Counted from the first letter of the stretch, positions 1 to 14,128 are shown. The stretch is DNA of 64,000 nucleotides from Trichosphaerium sp. ATCC 40318 (GCA_038496445.1 JALMLS010000081.1:62001-126000); one strand, 5' to 3'. The notes: generated by a model not told the origin, from the sequence alone. A program made the numbers and translations.

Positions 1-88
1 CCATTTACGATTTTTTGCTTTTAATTTTTTTTGTGGCTGCGTCCTTACGAAACTAAACACCTCCTCTTATATTTTGACACTCAACTAG

Positions 89-1608
89 GCTAAAGAGATC
101 CTAAAAGACGAACCAAACGTAGTTTCGGTCAGCTGTACTATTACCGTTGTTGGTGACATTCATGGGCAATGGAACGATCTAATCGAGTTGTTTCGCATCG
201 CCGGCGATGCACCTGACACAAACTTCCTTTTCCTTGGAGATTATGTAGATAGAGGTACGTACCTTACATATAGAAGCACAAACGATCAAAAATCAATAGC
301 TCGCGCCTACTTTTAAGGCAATTTTTGATTTACGCCTCTAGCTTTTTTGTATGCCTTTTTCTGCCCACCGGATTTACTTTTTTAATAGGTTATTACTCCT
401 TGGAATGCGTTAGTTTGTTGTTCTGTTTGAAAGTGCGATGGCGAGACCGAGTAACAATGCTACGAGGTAACCACGAATCAAGACAAATCACACAGGTGTA
501 CGTACACTCTTGGCCAATATTAAATCAATTTACATGCAAATCAGCACCTGCAGAGGTGTTGAAGCAATTTTTTTTCGGTTTTTTTTTTTTTATCTATTTG
601 CGTTTTTTTATTCTTGTTAATTGTCGCTTTAGTTATGGATTTTACGATGAGTGCTTGAGAAAATACGGAAATGCTAATGTATGGAAATACTTTACTGAAC
701 TGTTTGACTACCTTCCAATATCCGCCTTAATTGAGAATAGAGTACGCCGAAAACATTTTCACCTTAAAAGCGCATACTTGTCCGTCGTTTGTGCCGTTTT
801 AATGTGCTCACACGCTTCAATCGGATTCGTGCACATTGTTCATTTTAAAAAACTGCTTTTTTTTGAACGTCAATAAGCTTCGAGTACTCACCTTTTTTTG
901 CGTAGATTTTCTGTCCACATGGTGGTCTGTCGCCTTCCATAGACACGATAGACAACATTAGAACGTTGGACAGATTCGATGAGATACCTCATGAGGGACC
1001 AATATGTGATCTTATGTGGTCCGATCCAGACGATCGGTACGTGCTTTAAAACCATTCTATACTTGAAAAATTTTTACTGATGTTCGCGTTTAGTTGTGGA
1101 TGGGGTATCTCTCCTCGTGGCGCTGGCTACACCTTCGGGCAAGATATATCCGAGCAGTGGAACCATACTAATGGGTTATTGCTTGTATTGCGCGCCCATC
1201 AGCTTGTAATGGAAGGTTACAACTGGAGCCATAGTCAAAACGTCGTCACGTTATTTAGTGCACCTAACTATTGCTACCGCTGCGGTAACCAAGCGGCAAT
1301 AATGGAAATTGATGACAATATGAAATACACCTTGTACGTCCTTCATACTACTCCAATCTTTTCACTGCTGTGATCAAATCGCGGATTATTGTGCTTTATT
1401 GATGCAATTACCGAAAGTCTATTTTGGGTTGATCTACACCCTTTTCTAGCCGATTTTTCTGGTTTTGTTTCTAAAAATATCCAAATTCTTTTTTTTTTAC
1501 TTTTGACGTTCGTGTTGCTTACTTTTGTTTGATAGCCTTCAATTCAATCCTGCGCCAAGAAAAGGGCAACCAAACGTCACTCGAAAAACACCGGATTACT
1601 TCCTTTAA
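89..1608 (+). CDS. PPP2C: Ser/Thr protein phosphatase 2A catalytic subunit (5' end outside window)
   Basis: Spliced exons give [47 protein letters not shown] and the C-terminus [12 protein letters not shown] (1606-1608). Confidence 0.95.
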
Positions 1609-2237
1609 TTTTACTACTGAGCATACGCACTGTTTGTTGATTGCGTGTCAGGCCTGTTATGTTAGTCCTGTTATATTGTACCTTTATGATAATAAATTCT
1701 GGTCATCACCTCCTCGCCTCAATTATTGCTTTTGGTACCACACTACAATGCATTGTGCAAACTAGTTTATTAAAAGTGATAGACGCAACCACCTTTCTTT
1801 TTATTGTACAAGGCGACGTTTACTAGCAAGTGCCGCGATTTAGGTAGTGCCTTGACGTTTCTTGGCTTATGGCAAGTGATTTAACGTGGTCACGATCGAT
1901 CAATTTGACCTTTTGTGAGGTTCGTTTTGATATTGATGTCTTCTTGAATTCTAGTTGTATCGAGAGCAAAGCTAGGGTTCAAAACTGTAGATACTAAGAA
2001 ATCACGTGCCACGTGAACTTGAGTTTTGCTTCAAGTAATAGGTCACTGTAAGTCTTGTTTGCATGAAAGTTTACGCGAATGCGACAAACCCACATACTCG
2101 TTCACTAACAGCAAAATGAACTTCGAATCCTTGCAAAACTCAGAAACAAAGATGCAATAAAAATACTCGTTCCCGGCCAAAGGAGTCGTCATGAAAAATC
2201 AAAAAAAAAAAAAAACTGTCATAAATGTATTAGGAGA

Positions 2238-3038
2238 TTATTTTTCTGTCTCTGTGACAAGCAATTCCGTTGCAATTTCTTGTAAAAAACCTTTGTGGGT
2301 AAGGGCACCGCCTTGGCACTTGTACAGAATAAAAGCATTTGTGAGGGCATAGTAAAACCAACCAACAAGAAGTGTCACTTTCCATTTTTTGAACCGGCAA
2401 TCTGACCAATAGGACTTGACCAGCTGGCCAAATTGATCACTGTAGCCCTTGGTATCATCATATATTTTCAGAACATCTCTTCTCTTGCTGTTGTCAAATG
2501 AACTTTTGTCATCATCCACACAGTAGAGAGTGGTGGCCAACTTTACAATTCCATTGTTATGGGTTGCGGTAATATGATGGTGCCTTCCAGTTGTTTTCAA
2601 CCATTTTGCAAATTGAAAGAAGGATTCATTTGGTGTAGGGTGTGGCTCAATCAAAGGGTTGATAAAGTCAATTAGATACCTAGTGCAATCATTGAGACAC
2701 TTGGATTCTATGGCCCAGACGTCTGGTTTCTTTATGTTGTGAGTTTTTATATCACACTCAAAATGTTGAGCTGGAATACGGATTTCATCAACACATGTGA
2801 AATAACCTGGTACCATGTGGCGCTTGAAGGCACTCACTAGCAAAGAATGTACCAAGGTAGCATCAAATTTCATGTTGGCAGAGATGTTGAAGTAGTGATC
2901 AAGTGGCAGCAAACCCTGTTTTCCTGGAAATGAAATTTGTACTTCACCTGTGCTCCATAATGTGCGAATATTCCTTACTCCAATAATCCCACGCCACAGC
3001 ACTGTGCCAAAGAATTTCTTCAAATGATTAGCACTCAC
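2238..3038 (-). mobile_element. piggyBac-like DDD transposase remnant, internally deleted
   Basis: Intronless ORF with CVDEIRIP...KKPDVWAI (cf. VDE-xx-P...KPxKYGIK) and YDDTKGYSDQF...KKWKVTLL...ALTNAFILYK (cf. YNxxMGGVD...KWW...NAYILY). The segment around the second catalytic Asp is missing. No convincing TIRs found. Confidence 0.75.
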
Positions 3039-3083
3039 ATTTTTTTGGTTAGTGTGGCGTAGTTCAATGTGCTTGTCTTTAAT

Positions 3084-3574
3084 ATGTTTTCAAAAATCGC
3101 AAACCCGCGTAAAGTGTTAGAAACAGCGAAAAAAAGCGACGATAAGAACATCAAAGCTAGCCTTGGCCTCATTACGTACTTAGTTTTTGACAAATTTTCA
3201 ACCATTTGCTTGGCAAAGAACTGAAACTCGAAGTTTTGGTTTAACTTTCTCTATTTTAGGCGCTTGGAAGGAGCACATGTCAACTGTTTGGAAAATTTAC
3301 CATTCCATATTGCCACGGCGCTTCTCACATATAACGCACGTGTAGACCCAGGCGTTTGTGATAATCTCATGTTTTGGTACACAGTGAGCAGATTTTTGTT
3401 CTATGTTCTTTATGGTGTAACAAGCAAAGGACCTTCTGGCTTTTCAAGGCAAGTTTCACTACCTCTTTATGAATTTATTTCATTTATTTGTCTTTTAGGA
3501 GTATTGCATTCGCTGCTGGCCTTGGTATTCTATTCTATACGTTCACTACCGCTCTAAAAGCAGCTATATTGTAA
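3084..3574 (+). CDS. MAPEG family membrane protein, possibly 5'-truncated
   Basis: RLEGAHVNCLENLPF motif followed by hydrophobic helices. Three exons; the second intron is GC-AG (3449-3498). Confidence 0.7.
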
Positions 3575-3805
3575 CTAGGCTGCAGTAGATAAAAAAACAT
3601 TCACTGTACTGTGCAGGTTTGTTTACTTTGTTTTAAAACTGCGACTTCGGCTTCATTTTCAATAAATAAATACGTTAGACAGTCAATGAGTAATCAGTTT
3701 TCCCACGTGGGTTTTTTGTTGAACAAAACAGAAAAAAAATGTTTTTAGAATAAAACAAATTTGGTTTTTGCCTTGCAAAGTCAATTACTATTTGTAACAC
3801 CTGCT

Positions 3806-6800
3806 ATGGCTTCTGCTGATGAAGAGACTGTCGAACTTGATCCTGAAGGACTTCTTAACGATGAACATCTCGCGGTAGTAACAAACAGAAACCTAGGAAA
3901 CAAAAAACGAAACGCCAAAGCCCTAAAAGTCGTCGGACATGACCCATCAACTGTACTAGAGTAAATTCATATTTTTTGACCGTAATTGTTTGTAAGGCTA
4001 AATTAAAAACGCGATTGGGTCTAGAACAAGACGAAGAAGTGGAGGAAGCAGTGAGAGGTACATTACAGTTTGATTAAGTGCAATTACCAAACGACTTTCG
4101 TTAATAACCACAAAACAGGTTCTGCAGCCATTCCAATCTCCGAGTTTGAGCGCTTACAGAAACCCGCTGGCGCTGATAGTAGAATTTTAAAAAAGAAACC
4201 CACACACAACAGTTCAGGGGAGCGGAAAGCGTATCAAGTGCTAGGTTCGTTTTTTTTATAAATAAAGTACTATTATTGCCCTTCTATCGATATTTTTCGT
4301 TTAACCCGAAAATCAACACGTTTTTATTAGGATACAGCCCATCCCATTCAAAACTCAACGAAACCTACGGTATAGCAGTAGAAGAGCAAGAGCAAGCTGA
4401 GAAGGACCGTGTTTACTGCCATCACTCACTGTCAATCCACGGTAGTTACCCTGAAATACATGAACCAACGCTGGGTAAAGAGGAAACGCAAAAAGTATGA
4501 TTTTTAACGCAAAGCGTGTTTATGTTCCGTTGTTCAACTTTTTTGACGTTTTTTTTGTTTTACAGGCACAGAACGTATTGGGCTACTACAAATCAGAGAA
4601 TAAAGTAATTGACACCCTAGGCATAGGTGATTTTTATGAAAGCACCACGCCATCCGAGACGCTCGCGGACCAAATTATTGTATCTATTGTGTAAGGTAGC
4701 ACCTGTAGTGTTCCGCTCGTGTATTTTAAACGCCATGTTGTATTAAGTCTAGTTTGTTCTGTAATGATGTTTTTTGTTGTTTTTTTGGGAGCATTCTTTG
4801 TGTATATCGTAGCTGTGTCACCTACATTACCTGTTCAAGTGTTCGACACGGTACAACGGAACGGAGCTCATCCAGAATCAGACTTTTTACCGGCTGTTGG
4901 CTTAAACTTCCTTAAAAAAACCCAACACCGCACTCAGTTGGGAAGGAAGTCTTCCGTTAAAATAGCGGGTATTAAGGCTGTGCGAGGCTCAAAAAAAGTA
5001 GGTAATCGACTACCAATTCGTAATAGGCGCTCAGGATCCCAAAGTGATTTTTTGTATTGATATTCGAGTGCACTGGAGATATTTGGTGCGTAGTTGATTG
5101 CTTTTTATCATTTTAGATGAAAGTAGTCTATATGTGGTTGCGTTTATTCCGTACGTCCAAAGACAACTTGCTTACGCAAGATCAGGACAGAAATAGCAAC
5201 AAACTGCTTAGTTCGTAATAAACGCGCCACAAACACTCTTTTACGTTTATGGCACAAGCGTCGCAACCCTAAAACGCATTTGCACAAAATTGGCAATATT
5301 TTTCTCCTAACCTCTCGTTTTGTAGCTTTTATCACCATGTCTGATAACTACGATAAAATGACAAAGCAGGTACGCAAGATTATCCAAAAATGCATCTTTT
5401 CAAGTTGAACGCATTAGTTCTACAACAAAACAAAAACCCTGACCTCTCTGATAGCAACTTATACGCTTATTACGCGAACGTGACAGAAAAAAAGCGAAAA
5501 AGAAGAGTCGGGGTACACACAGAAAATAGTGGTTTTTTTCCTTTAATTCTGACGCGACACTTTATAGCTAGTGTAGATAGTGTAATTAACCACCAAGCGA
5601 GGAGCGTAGCATCATTACCGGAGTCTCCACGGGGTGTGGAGTTCAATACGGCCAGAAGGTAATTATTTTATTACTTCGCATTGAAAACTCGTAACTGGAC
5701 TGAATGTCTTACCGATTGAGCCATTTTCTCGTTTTACTTCAACAAGTTACCTCCTTATTTGTTTTTTTTTGTACTTACCCCTTTAAACGCAGCAACAGTG
5801 ATGAATCTCCTCAATTAGAGCGTAAATGGGAAGATCGTAGGGCGTCCATTTTGGAAAGAAGAAAATCGAAAAAAACGCTGCGACAAAAAGCGAAATCTAC
5901 CTCCCACATATCAAGAAAGATCAATCGTCGCTCAGCACGTACGTTTGTTTTTTTTTTTTGCTCTTTCTTGGGTTGTTACCAAAAAATTCCATTGACAACT
6001 CAACTTTCCATACAATTCACAAAAATTACGTTTCCTTTACAAGTTAGTGATCTAATAATATGATATAGATGATAACACAACAGTATACTATATATCTGGT
6101 ATGTAAATATGGAATTAGTTCGTCCTTGAAGGGAGCTGGCATAGAAATGCTGTTTTTTCGTTTTTTCGGATTTTTTTTTTCTTAATTGGGAGGGAAAGTG
6201 TTTGTTGATTTTATTTTAGGATATAGAGAGCGTGGCGGTCAGCCAAAGAGCCTTCATGATTATATAAACTTTGTGAGGACAGTTGCAGGAGATTTCAAAG
6301 ATGCCAAGAATCTCGATGACCTCGCTGCACTCGCATCTCATTATGAGTGTATCAGAGCCCTTCGCCGTAATATTCGTGGCTTGGCTACTATGATTAAAGA
6401 GAACAAACCCGTATGTATATGTTACTAGCTTGCTTTCATTGATATATCTTTTTTGTTTTGTTGATAGAGAGTTTGAAGACCTAATTAATGCTTTGTAGTC
6501 TGACTCGGAGAGTGAACCATCAGAGCCTGAGGAGTTAAGGAAATCTCAAGACACTGATGAAATCAAGTCTTCTAAGAGCTTAAAGCGCATAAAGAGGACC
6601 ACTAGCACAGTACGTCAAAGGAAACTCATAAAGTCTTTCAACATTTTTTTTTGATTTATTTTATCGATTCACTTGCTCAACTCAATTTTAGTCTCCACGT
6701 GTTAGTATTCCTAAAAAGCGTCCATCTAAGCGTCTAAAACTAGAAAAAGGAGGGTCTGAAAAGAGTCGAAGAACTCGTGCTAGGAGGAAACGTAAAAAGC

Positions 6801-8891
6801 AAAAGATAAATGTTAGTTACTCCTTAGGTACATACACTTGAGAGAGTAATATTTTGAAATCAACAAACTTACATATTTATTTAGATGATGTGCATGAAGT
6901 AACAGAAGCATTGGATTTTAATGCTACCAAAAAGAAATGCATCCTGGCGCTTCAAGCAACACTCAATCACTTTGAAGACTTGAAAAGCCATTTCTTCCAT
7001 ACTTTACGCACAGGTATGTGTTATATCTGGGTGTATGATATCACGTGTTTTTTTGACATGTTGTGTTAGGTCCACGAAGTGGTTCTCACAGGCAGTCTCA
7101 AGGCGCTCAAGAGACTCAAAGGTTTCTTGCTGATCCAGGTAAAGCTGATAGCCTTGCTCAGTGTCTCCGTGAGTTAGATCGTATTTGGAATAGAAGGAGA
7201 CTAATCAAATCGGGTGTCAGGTTCGATAGGAAAACGTGTGGTACGTTATTGTGATATAACTGTTTTTTTTTAAATTTTTTTTTTTTTCATTGCGTGGCTT
7301 TGTGGATACTTGGTGTTTTTCTTTATTATTAATTTTATTAAATAGATGATATTACACCTACGTTTACCGACCACAGCAAATCTTGGTATGAAGAGTACTT
7401 TCTAGATAAGAAAGGTAACGTTTTGTCTTTTTTGAATTTTTTACAATTTTTGCATTTTTTGGGTGTTTCTTTGTTGCTTATGTACCGTTTGTAGATTCTT
7501 ATAATTACTTGGGTGGTGTAAGTATAGATACACCAGTTGCCGTTTCCTTGAGACTTGAAAAGGTATACAAATCGTTTTATTCTGTTTTCGAAATATCATC
7601 AGCTTGGTTTTTTTTGACACTTTGTAAAGGGTTCTAACAGCAAAGAACAGTTCCGATGTATAATCCGTAGTACTGGTGTACGTATTACATGCTAAATATC
7701 TTATACATTTAGTCATATTTTGCTGTTGTACAGAGTATTTTATTAATTGTTTTTGGACCTAGGGATGTAAAAAGATTTTAATGTCAAAAGACGAAGTTGA
7801 CCAGAATTTGACAGGAAAAATTAAACAGAACTATCAACAGCTCTTAGAGCACTTAGAATTCAAGGATTGCTTTGGATTAGAGCTTCGTGGATCTAGATTG
7901 ACACCTTGTAATAAGAGTAAGCTTGATGACAAGCTGTTAGAGTTTGAAAACAAAGAACTCGGGTTCAATAGAAAGTTTAAGTTTGGTATACTATATTGCC
8001 AAAAAGGTCAACACAAAGAAGAACAAATGTACCTCAACACAGGCGGTAGTCGCTATTTTGATGCATTTTTGAATATGTTGGGTGATAAGGTACAACTCAA
8101 AGGTTGGACAAAATTTGCAGGTGGTCTGGATACCAAGTGTACGTTTTGCGTCGGGTTTGTTTGCTTTTCAAAAGTACTAATTTTTTTTTTCTTTTTAGCA
8201 AACCTCACTGGTTCACATGGGTTGTATACAACCTTTAATGATAATGAAATCATGTTCCATGTATCTACACTTTTCCCTCTTGTTGATGATGACGACCAAC
8301 AGATTGGAAAGAAGGTGTGCCTCATGAAGCTTTTGTTTTTGTTTTTTTTATTAATTTTTCTGTTTAGAGACATATCGGTAATGATGTCACTTTGATTGTC
8401 TTCCAGGAGCCTGGATGCTCTTGGTTCAATCCTACAAAGATATCATCTAAGATGATGTCATCAATTATTGTTGTTCGTGCTCTTGAGGCCATTCCAGGGT
8501 GCGTCCAGTGCCATTCTCTTCTTTCTACTTTTTTTTTTGTCTTTGATTGTACCCAACCTGACTTGATTTTTAGTTGCGAGTTTTACGAGGTTGGTATGAT
8601 TAAAGAGTGTGAAACATCGCACACAGCACCTGCTTTGCCTTCCCCTCCTGTATTCTCCCTCGGAGACAAATTTAGAGAGTGGCTCCTTATGTTAGGTACA
8701 TAGGAATCCGTTGAACTCCCATTTTCTTTTCGTTTTCTTTTTTTTTTGATTTCTAACTTACCCTGGTAGCTATCAACTCCGAGTTGGCTGTTTATAGAAG
8801 TGCTGCATACCAAAAAAGAACCAGAGGCGTATATAAAGACCTGTTGCTTGATGTTATGCGACAATTTCATCCTGACTTCTACAAAAGTTAA
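3806..8891 (+). CDS. Large multi-exon Rap/Ran-GAP domain protein
   Basis: C-terminal FKFGILYCQKGQ, GWTKFAGGLDTK, EIMFHVSTL and QQIGKKRHIGND (catalytic Asn thumb). Joining the N-terminal exons into the same gene is inferred. Confidence 0.8.
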
Positions 8892-9119
8892 AAAACCGAT
8901 CATTCCAAAAAAAAACCTCCAATTCCCTCCTAAACCCATTAATGTAAAATAAAAATGAAAACTTTGAAAAAAAAAAACCCGACCCACGTGTTGTTCTGAC
9001 ATTGAATTAAAAATGTGATATCAAAAGTAAACTTATGCCACGTGCGAGAACTACGCTTCGATACCAGAAACGCTTGAAGAGCTTGAAGTTGTTTTCAGTT
9101 TCCTCAGACTATTGGTCGT

Positions 9120-9724
9120 ATGGACAACACAACTATTAACTGTACAACAGAAGTACGCCAAATATACATATGTCTGACACTGTTGCTAAGGCAATAAATC
9201 CAATAGTTTCCGGGAATGAACTCAGATTCAACACAAGCCTGATAGAGGCAGAATTTGTAAATTGCATGGTCGAGGCTGATTTGTTTGCTGTTGGCACTGC
9301 TAAAGATGTTGCCGCTGATATTAAGCTATCGCTTTCACCTGATATTACGTTCAAATCAAACGCTAATGTGAACAGGTCAGCGAAACATACAAGAGCACAA
9401 TTTTCTACTTTTTTGTCTCGTTCTTTTTTATTTTGTTGACTTTCTTCTCAGGCAGGTGTATTTCACCACGTATCATTGATGGCATGTGCCAGTACGACGT
9501 CGTTTTTCAAACATCTCAACGCCCAACTCTTTTACTCCTTTTGTCATATTTAAACATCTCTTCTAATGTATTTTAAAGGTGTCAGACATTCCTTTGGTTC
9601 AGGACTTAAGATGGCAGTGATATACATTGTGAAACAGATGGTATTGTCATTTTATAACAATGGCTCCACCTTAAGGATCCTTTAGAGTGACTAAAGGGGA
9701 CACGAATGCTTTTGCACTGTGTAA
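9120..9724 (+). pseudogene. Probable pseudogene of a Cys-containing hypothetical protein
   Basis: Exon/intron structure is recognisable, but the last exon has in-frame TAA 9607, TAG 9683 and TAA 9692. Confidence 0.4.
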
Positions 9725-9956
9725 ATATAACCGAATTCTGTAGCGAAAATAATGAATGAAGCGAGGAATAAAAAAAACTTTGTTCTCATGCTTTCGTACT
9801 ATTATATCGAAGACTCTTTGCCTTATACAAGTTACTAAAAAAGATATTGCTTTATTTTGCACCACAATAAGAGTGTTGTAAGTTTAGAACAATTTGACCA
9901 AGGAGTGAATATCAATACAATGCCGAAAATACTATGTATTCCTTTACGTAATTTTG

Positions 9957-11717
9957 TTAAAGAGTGTTGTTGTTCTTTGCTATGATGATTTTAACACGTT
10001 CCTCCAAGTTGAATCCAAGTTGTTTCAGCGCATTTTTTTCAAGTTCATCAACAGTTGCACCTGTCTCGTTCATCAAAAATCCAAGTTCTTGAGCTCTTTC
10101 ACTTGGAAAACCTATCCTCAGCAATGTTGACTTCCAATCAGTTTCAACTTTTAGAACTGATTGATTCTCGTGTGGTACACTGAAATGTGACTAAAAAAAA
10201 CGCCATTAATAACAATTGTTTTACAAAAGAAGCAAAGCTGGTAGGAGGTGTACCTTACTATTGTCAATAGAAACTTCTGGTTTATTGAGCCAGGATTGTG
10301 AGTGTACCACTTGGATGTTTGGGATGTTTTCATTAAGCAATGGATTACAATCACTTGGTTCATAAGGCTACAAACACCTGTAAGTGCACACCTAATCAAA
10401 AGACGTACAAAGTTGTGATTTTGTTGTGCAGCTCTAAAGGCTCCTTTAATCATTTCAATATCTTGAGTACTACCACCAAACTTGGTGTAAATATGATCAG
10501 GATCAACTGCAGCTTTTGATAAGCACTCACAATGGTCTTCTTTTAACGTTGAGTTTTTCTCTTTCGTGTTACAGTCTTTGGTTGCCTACATTTTATTAAA
10601 ATGTGAAAAAATGCAAAACAACATCAAATACCTTGTTAAACACCAAATTTTTTTGTTTCTTTGTTTGACCTTTATCCATACCATCTGTATGACCACCTGT
10701 AACCAATCTGAAGTCATGAGATATTGCCAAGTAATGTAGATGTTTAAGCGCAAATTCAAGATATTTTCCAGGTAATTTTAATGGTTTGTTTGATGAGAAC
10801 GACTTAATCCATTTTGCATGACTGTCTGACCAGAACTTCTCAATCCATTTTCCTTGACCCCATCCAAACAAACAACCTTCATCATCAATTGCAAATGATG
10901 AACTCTCACCAGCATGGACAGATTTGATGTTATTGAGTTCTTTGATGATACCCTGGCCATACATGTCATCAATACTCAACCCAAGACACCCACGCCAGTT
11001 AAGTCCAAAAGAAAATACTTGTCCTGACTTGAGGAGAACAAGCACATGACGCTCGCCGATGGCAATATCAGTGGCATCATCAATACTTGGAACACGTGAA
11101 ATTGTGTTTGGATTCAAGAATAATGATTTATCTGTTTCATTATCTTTTGTTTTTCCCCAAAGAAAGACATGACCTGTTGATGTCATTGCTCCACTTACAT
11201 ACGAGTTTGTTTGAATTTTTTGAACATTTTGAAGATTTGGAATAACCGCATGTGTTGAAACTGTCCTCTCGTCGAATGAGTGACCCAATCCATGATGTAC
11301 GTTGTATCCCCAAGAGTAGACCTGGCCTGATTGCGATAACGCCATACTCACATAATAGGCAGAGACTTTTGTGATTTTTGGGAGATTTGGAACACGTGTT
11401 GGTGACGAAACAGGTGACTTGTAGTGACCCACACTCAACGAACCGTTTGAATTAAAACCCCATGCATACACAATACCGTTTGAATCAACTGCAAGGCTAT
11501 GATGGCGTCCAGCAGCAATACAGACGATATTTATGAGTGATGTTATTGGTCTAGCGACGGAGTTCTTTCCCTTGCTTGTATTACCCAATTGGTGCTTGTT
11601 GTTTAGTCCCCACGTGTAAACAAAGCCATTGCCTGCTATTACCATTGAATGTAAGTAACCAGTGGCCAAACAGTTAGCGCGTTGTAAATTAACTTCTGAA
11701 GTTTGAGGCTCTGCCAT
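9957..11717 (-). CDS. RCC1-repeat beta-propeller protein with a short C-terminal helical (SAM-like) domain
   Basis: Repeated VYTWGLN..QLG, IAAGRHHSLAV, VYAWGFN and IGERHVLVL motifs. Three further spliced exons run to the stop at 9957. Confidence 0.88.
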
Positions 11718-12104
11718 AACCACCTAATATCGTAAATACTGCAAAGATTTGGCTGCTCCTTAATACTGGAGGCCGAAATAATAAGCCAGTCAGTAACTTG
11801 TGATGCAGTTTAGATAAATTCGATACAATTTTTGTGTTTGCTTGGCAAATCCTAAACGCAAAAATCTTCGCTTTGTTGTTTATGAAACGTTTTGTTGCTC
11901 TTCTGTTGGTGTGCATAGCAGTAATAGTATTGTCGAAGCATCCAAACGATAGCTACCACATCAAATTTGTTACAAATACCCCCACACGTGCACGATAGTA
12001 GTTGAGGAGTACGTACCAAAGTATCGGTTCGTAAAAACCAAAAAATTAACTTGGAATCTAAAAATCCTTCCAAAACAAAGATTCTCTTTTGACAACCTAA
12101 CAAA

Positions 12105-13140
12105 TCTTCCTCAAAAGGTGGAAAACCATTGAACACAGCATTTGGATTATATAGATCTGGAACAGAACTCAGAGGTGTTTACACATCCAAAGCGAGTGTA
12201 CGTTTTAATAAACATTATGATAGTTCTATCAACCTAAGGCAGCCAGAGACGCTTGTAAGCAGACAGGGCCACAAGCTTGCAATTATCCTACTTTCCTTAC
12301 TGTGGTGACCTCGGTGGCGAATTTGCGATATCTACTGAATCTCCTACTTCTGGTACTATTGTACTTCGCCATGAACTCTGTCACAACTTTGGTAAAGTTG
12401 GCACGGACTTATAGAGCAAAAAGCAGTTGTAACATGACACTTCATAGGCGAGGAGTATGATGGTGGATATGCCTACAATGGCCAATTACGCTTTGTCTCT
12501 TAATCAAACAGCCTCTAAATGGGCCATTGGTTAACTGATAGACCTCCAGTAGTCGCACAAGATGCGCAGTTGAGACTTCAAGTAAGTAATCCCTTTTGTA
12601 CTTTCAAAGTTTTTCTGATTTTTGTTTTTTAGGCTTACCCTTGGTATTTGCTTAAAGGAGGTCCTATAAGTTATAAGTTCGGATAGAATGGACAGTATAA
12701 ACGATGGCTATTAGATTTTACTATTTCTGGATGTCCTGAAGAAGGTAAGGCCCACTAATTTGTTTCTGGTTTTTTGTTGGCTAAAGTTGTTTCAAAACTA
12801 GATTCTCTTATTGTCCTCTTTGATGGTGAACCACTCGATTGGAAGTCACATGGTGAAGGCGAAAGAACGTTTTATCAGTATAAGGAATCCGAAGGATTCT
12901 CTTCTGGTGAACATACCTTAGAATTCAAGCAGGGTAACCGAACTTAAAACGTTTTCAAAGCGTTTTCTGGGCAATTTGGACACTTCATGAATACATGGAC
13001 GCACCTCAGGTCCAGATTATATCGGAGCATACCCTTAGAAATACGTTGGCAGATCCAGATACAGACCTATGAACGAGTATTGTCTCATGCGCAATATGAG
13101 TTCTCCACATTTCTGTCCTGTTGATGTTGAGAATATGTAA
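12105..13140 (+). pseudogene. Peptidase M64 (IgA peptidase-like) pseudogene
   Basis: PLNTAFGLYRSGTELRGVY, GGEFAISTESPTSGTIVLRHELCHNFGKVGEEYDGG (HExxH) and CLMRNMSSPHFCPV. In-frame stops (e.g. TAG ~12684), frame breaks and no N-terminus. Confidence 0.8.
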
Positions 13141-13363
13141 GTAGTACCATGTCCCTTTAATGACTTTGTTGACACGTGTTCATGATATTTAGGTGGCTTC
13201 GTTTCTTTGCTGTAGTAAACTTGATTGATGATGTCATGAAAACAAAAGAAACAAGTTTCACACATGATGGGCTCAGGTGTGGTGAGTCTTGATTGAAGGC
13301 GACTTGAATAATCTTAAAAGTATCAATGATGGCAGTACTTAGTTGGCACAATAAGAACGTCAC

Positions 13364-14128
13364 ATGACACAATGTTACATGACAAAGAGGAATACATTCC
13401 AGATACTACTAATTTTAAATCAGTGTAGTCTCATCACAGATGAAGGTGTTAAAGCACTAAAGGGCGTTCATTCCATTGAATTATGTTGTACACGTGTTAC
13501 AGATGATGGTGTTAAAGCACTTGCTGGAGTTCATGAGATAAGTCTAAACAACTGTAACATAACAGATGAAGGTGTTAAAGCTTTACCTGGTGTTCATATA
13601 ATTAGTCTTTATAGAACAGGAGTCACAGATGAAGGAGTTAAGGCGTTGGCTGGAGTTCATACTATCAACTTAGGTGGTAGTCATGCGACAGATGAAGGTA
13701 TTAAAGAACTCGCTGGCGTCTATTATATTACCCTTTACGACACAGCTATTACTGATGAAGGTCTTAAAACTCTGAAAGGTGTTCATAGAATACATTTAGG
13801 ACTTTGCAATATTACAGATGAAGGGATTAGCGCTTTAGCTGGTGTTCATACTACCAGTCTTTTTAGCACAAGTGTTACAGATGAAGGTCTTAAAGTATTG
13901 AAAGAGGTTCATGCCATTGATTTAGGATACTGTAATCACGTGACTGATGGTGTAAAGCATATAGCTGGCGCTAATATAATTAGTCTGCTAGGCACAAACG
14001 TGACAGATGAAGAGATTAAAGCTATTGAACGTCTCAAATTATTGGCTGGTGTGCAATCTGTTGTTTGTCTTTCAAGACCAAAAGGGGAACCTAAAATTAA
14101 AGCCTTTCACACTATTTATTACAAGTAA
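13364..14128 (+). CDS. Intronless leucine-rich repeat protein (about ten 21-aa repeats)
   Basis: Tandem TDEG(V/I/L)KxLxGVHxIxLxxxx(I/V) units. The true start is uncertain. Confidence 0.85.
   Translation: MTQCYMTKRNTFQILLILNQCSLITDEGVKALKGVHSIELCCTRVTDDGVKALAGVHEISLNNCNITDEGVKALPGVHIISLYRTGVTDEGVKALAGVHTINLGGSHATDEGIKELAGVYYITLYDTAITDEGLKTLKGVHRIHLGLCNITDEGISALAGVHTTSLFSTSVTDEGLKVLKEVHAIDLGYCNHVTDGVKHIAGANIISLLGTNVTDEEIKAIERLKLLAGVQSVVCLSRPKGEPKIKAFHTIYYK

Noticed and set aside
6468-6498. Apparent in-frame TAG in the RapGAP gene
   Set aside because: It is a 3' splice acceptor with a CTAAT branch site; intron 6411-6498 restores the frame.
9607-12690. Stop-codon reassignment (TAA/TAG as sense), suggested by in-frame stops
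   Set aside because: Conserved genes end on TAA at the expected residue (PP2A TPDYFL, Rab11 CAC) and others end on TAG or TGA. Internal stops are confined to decayed genes.
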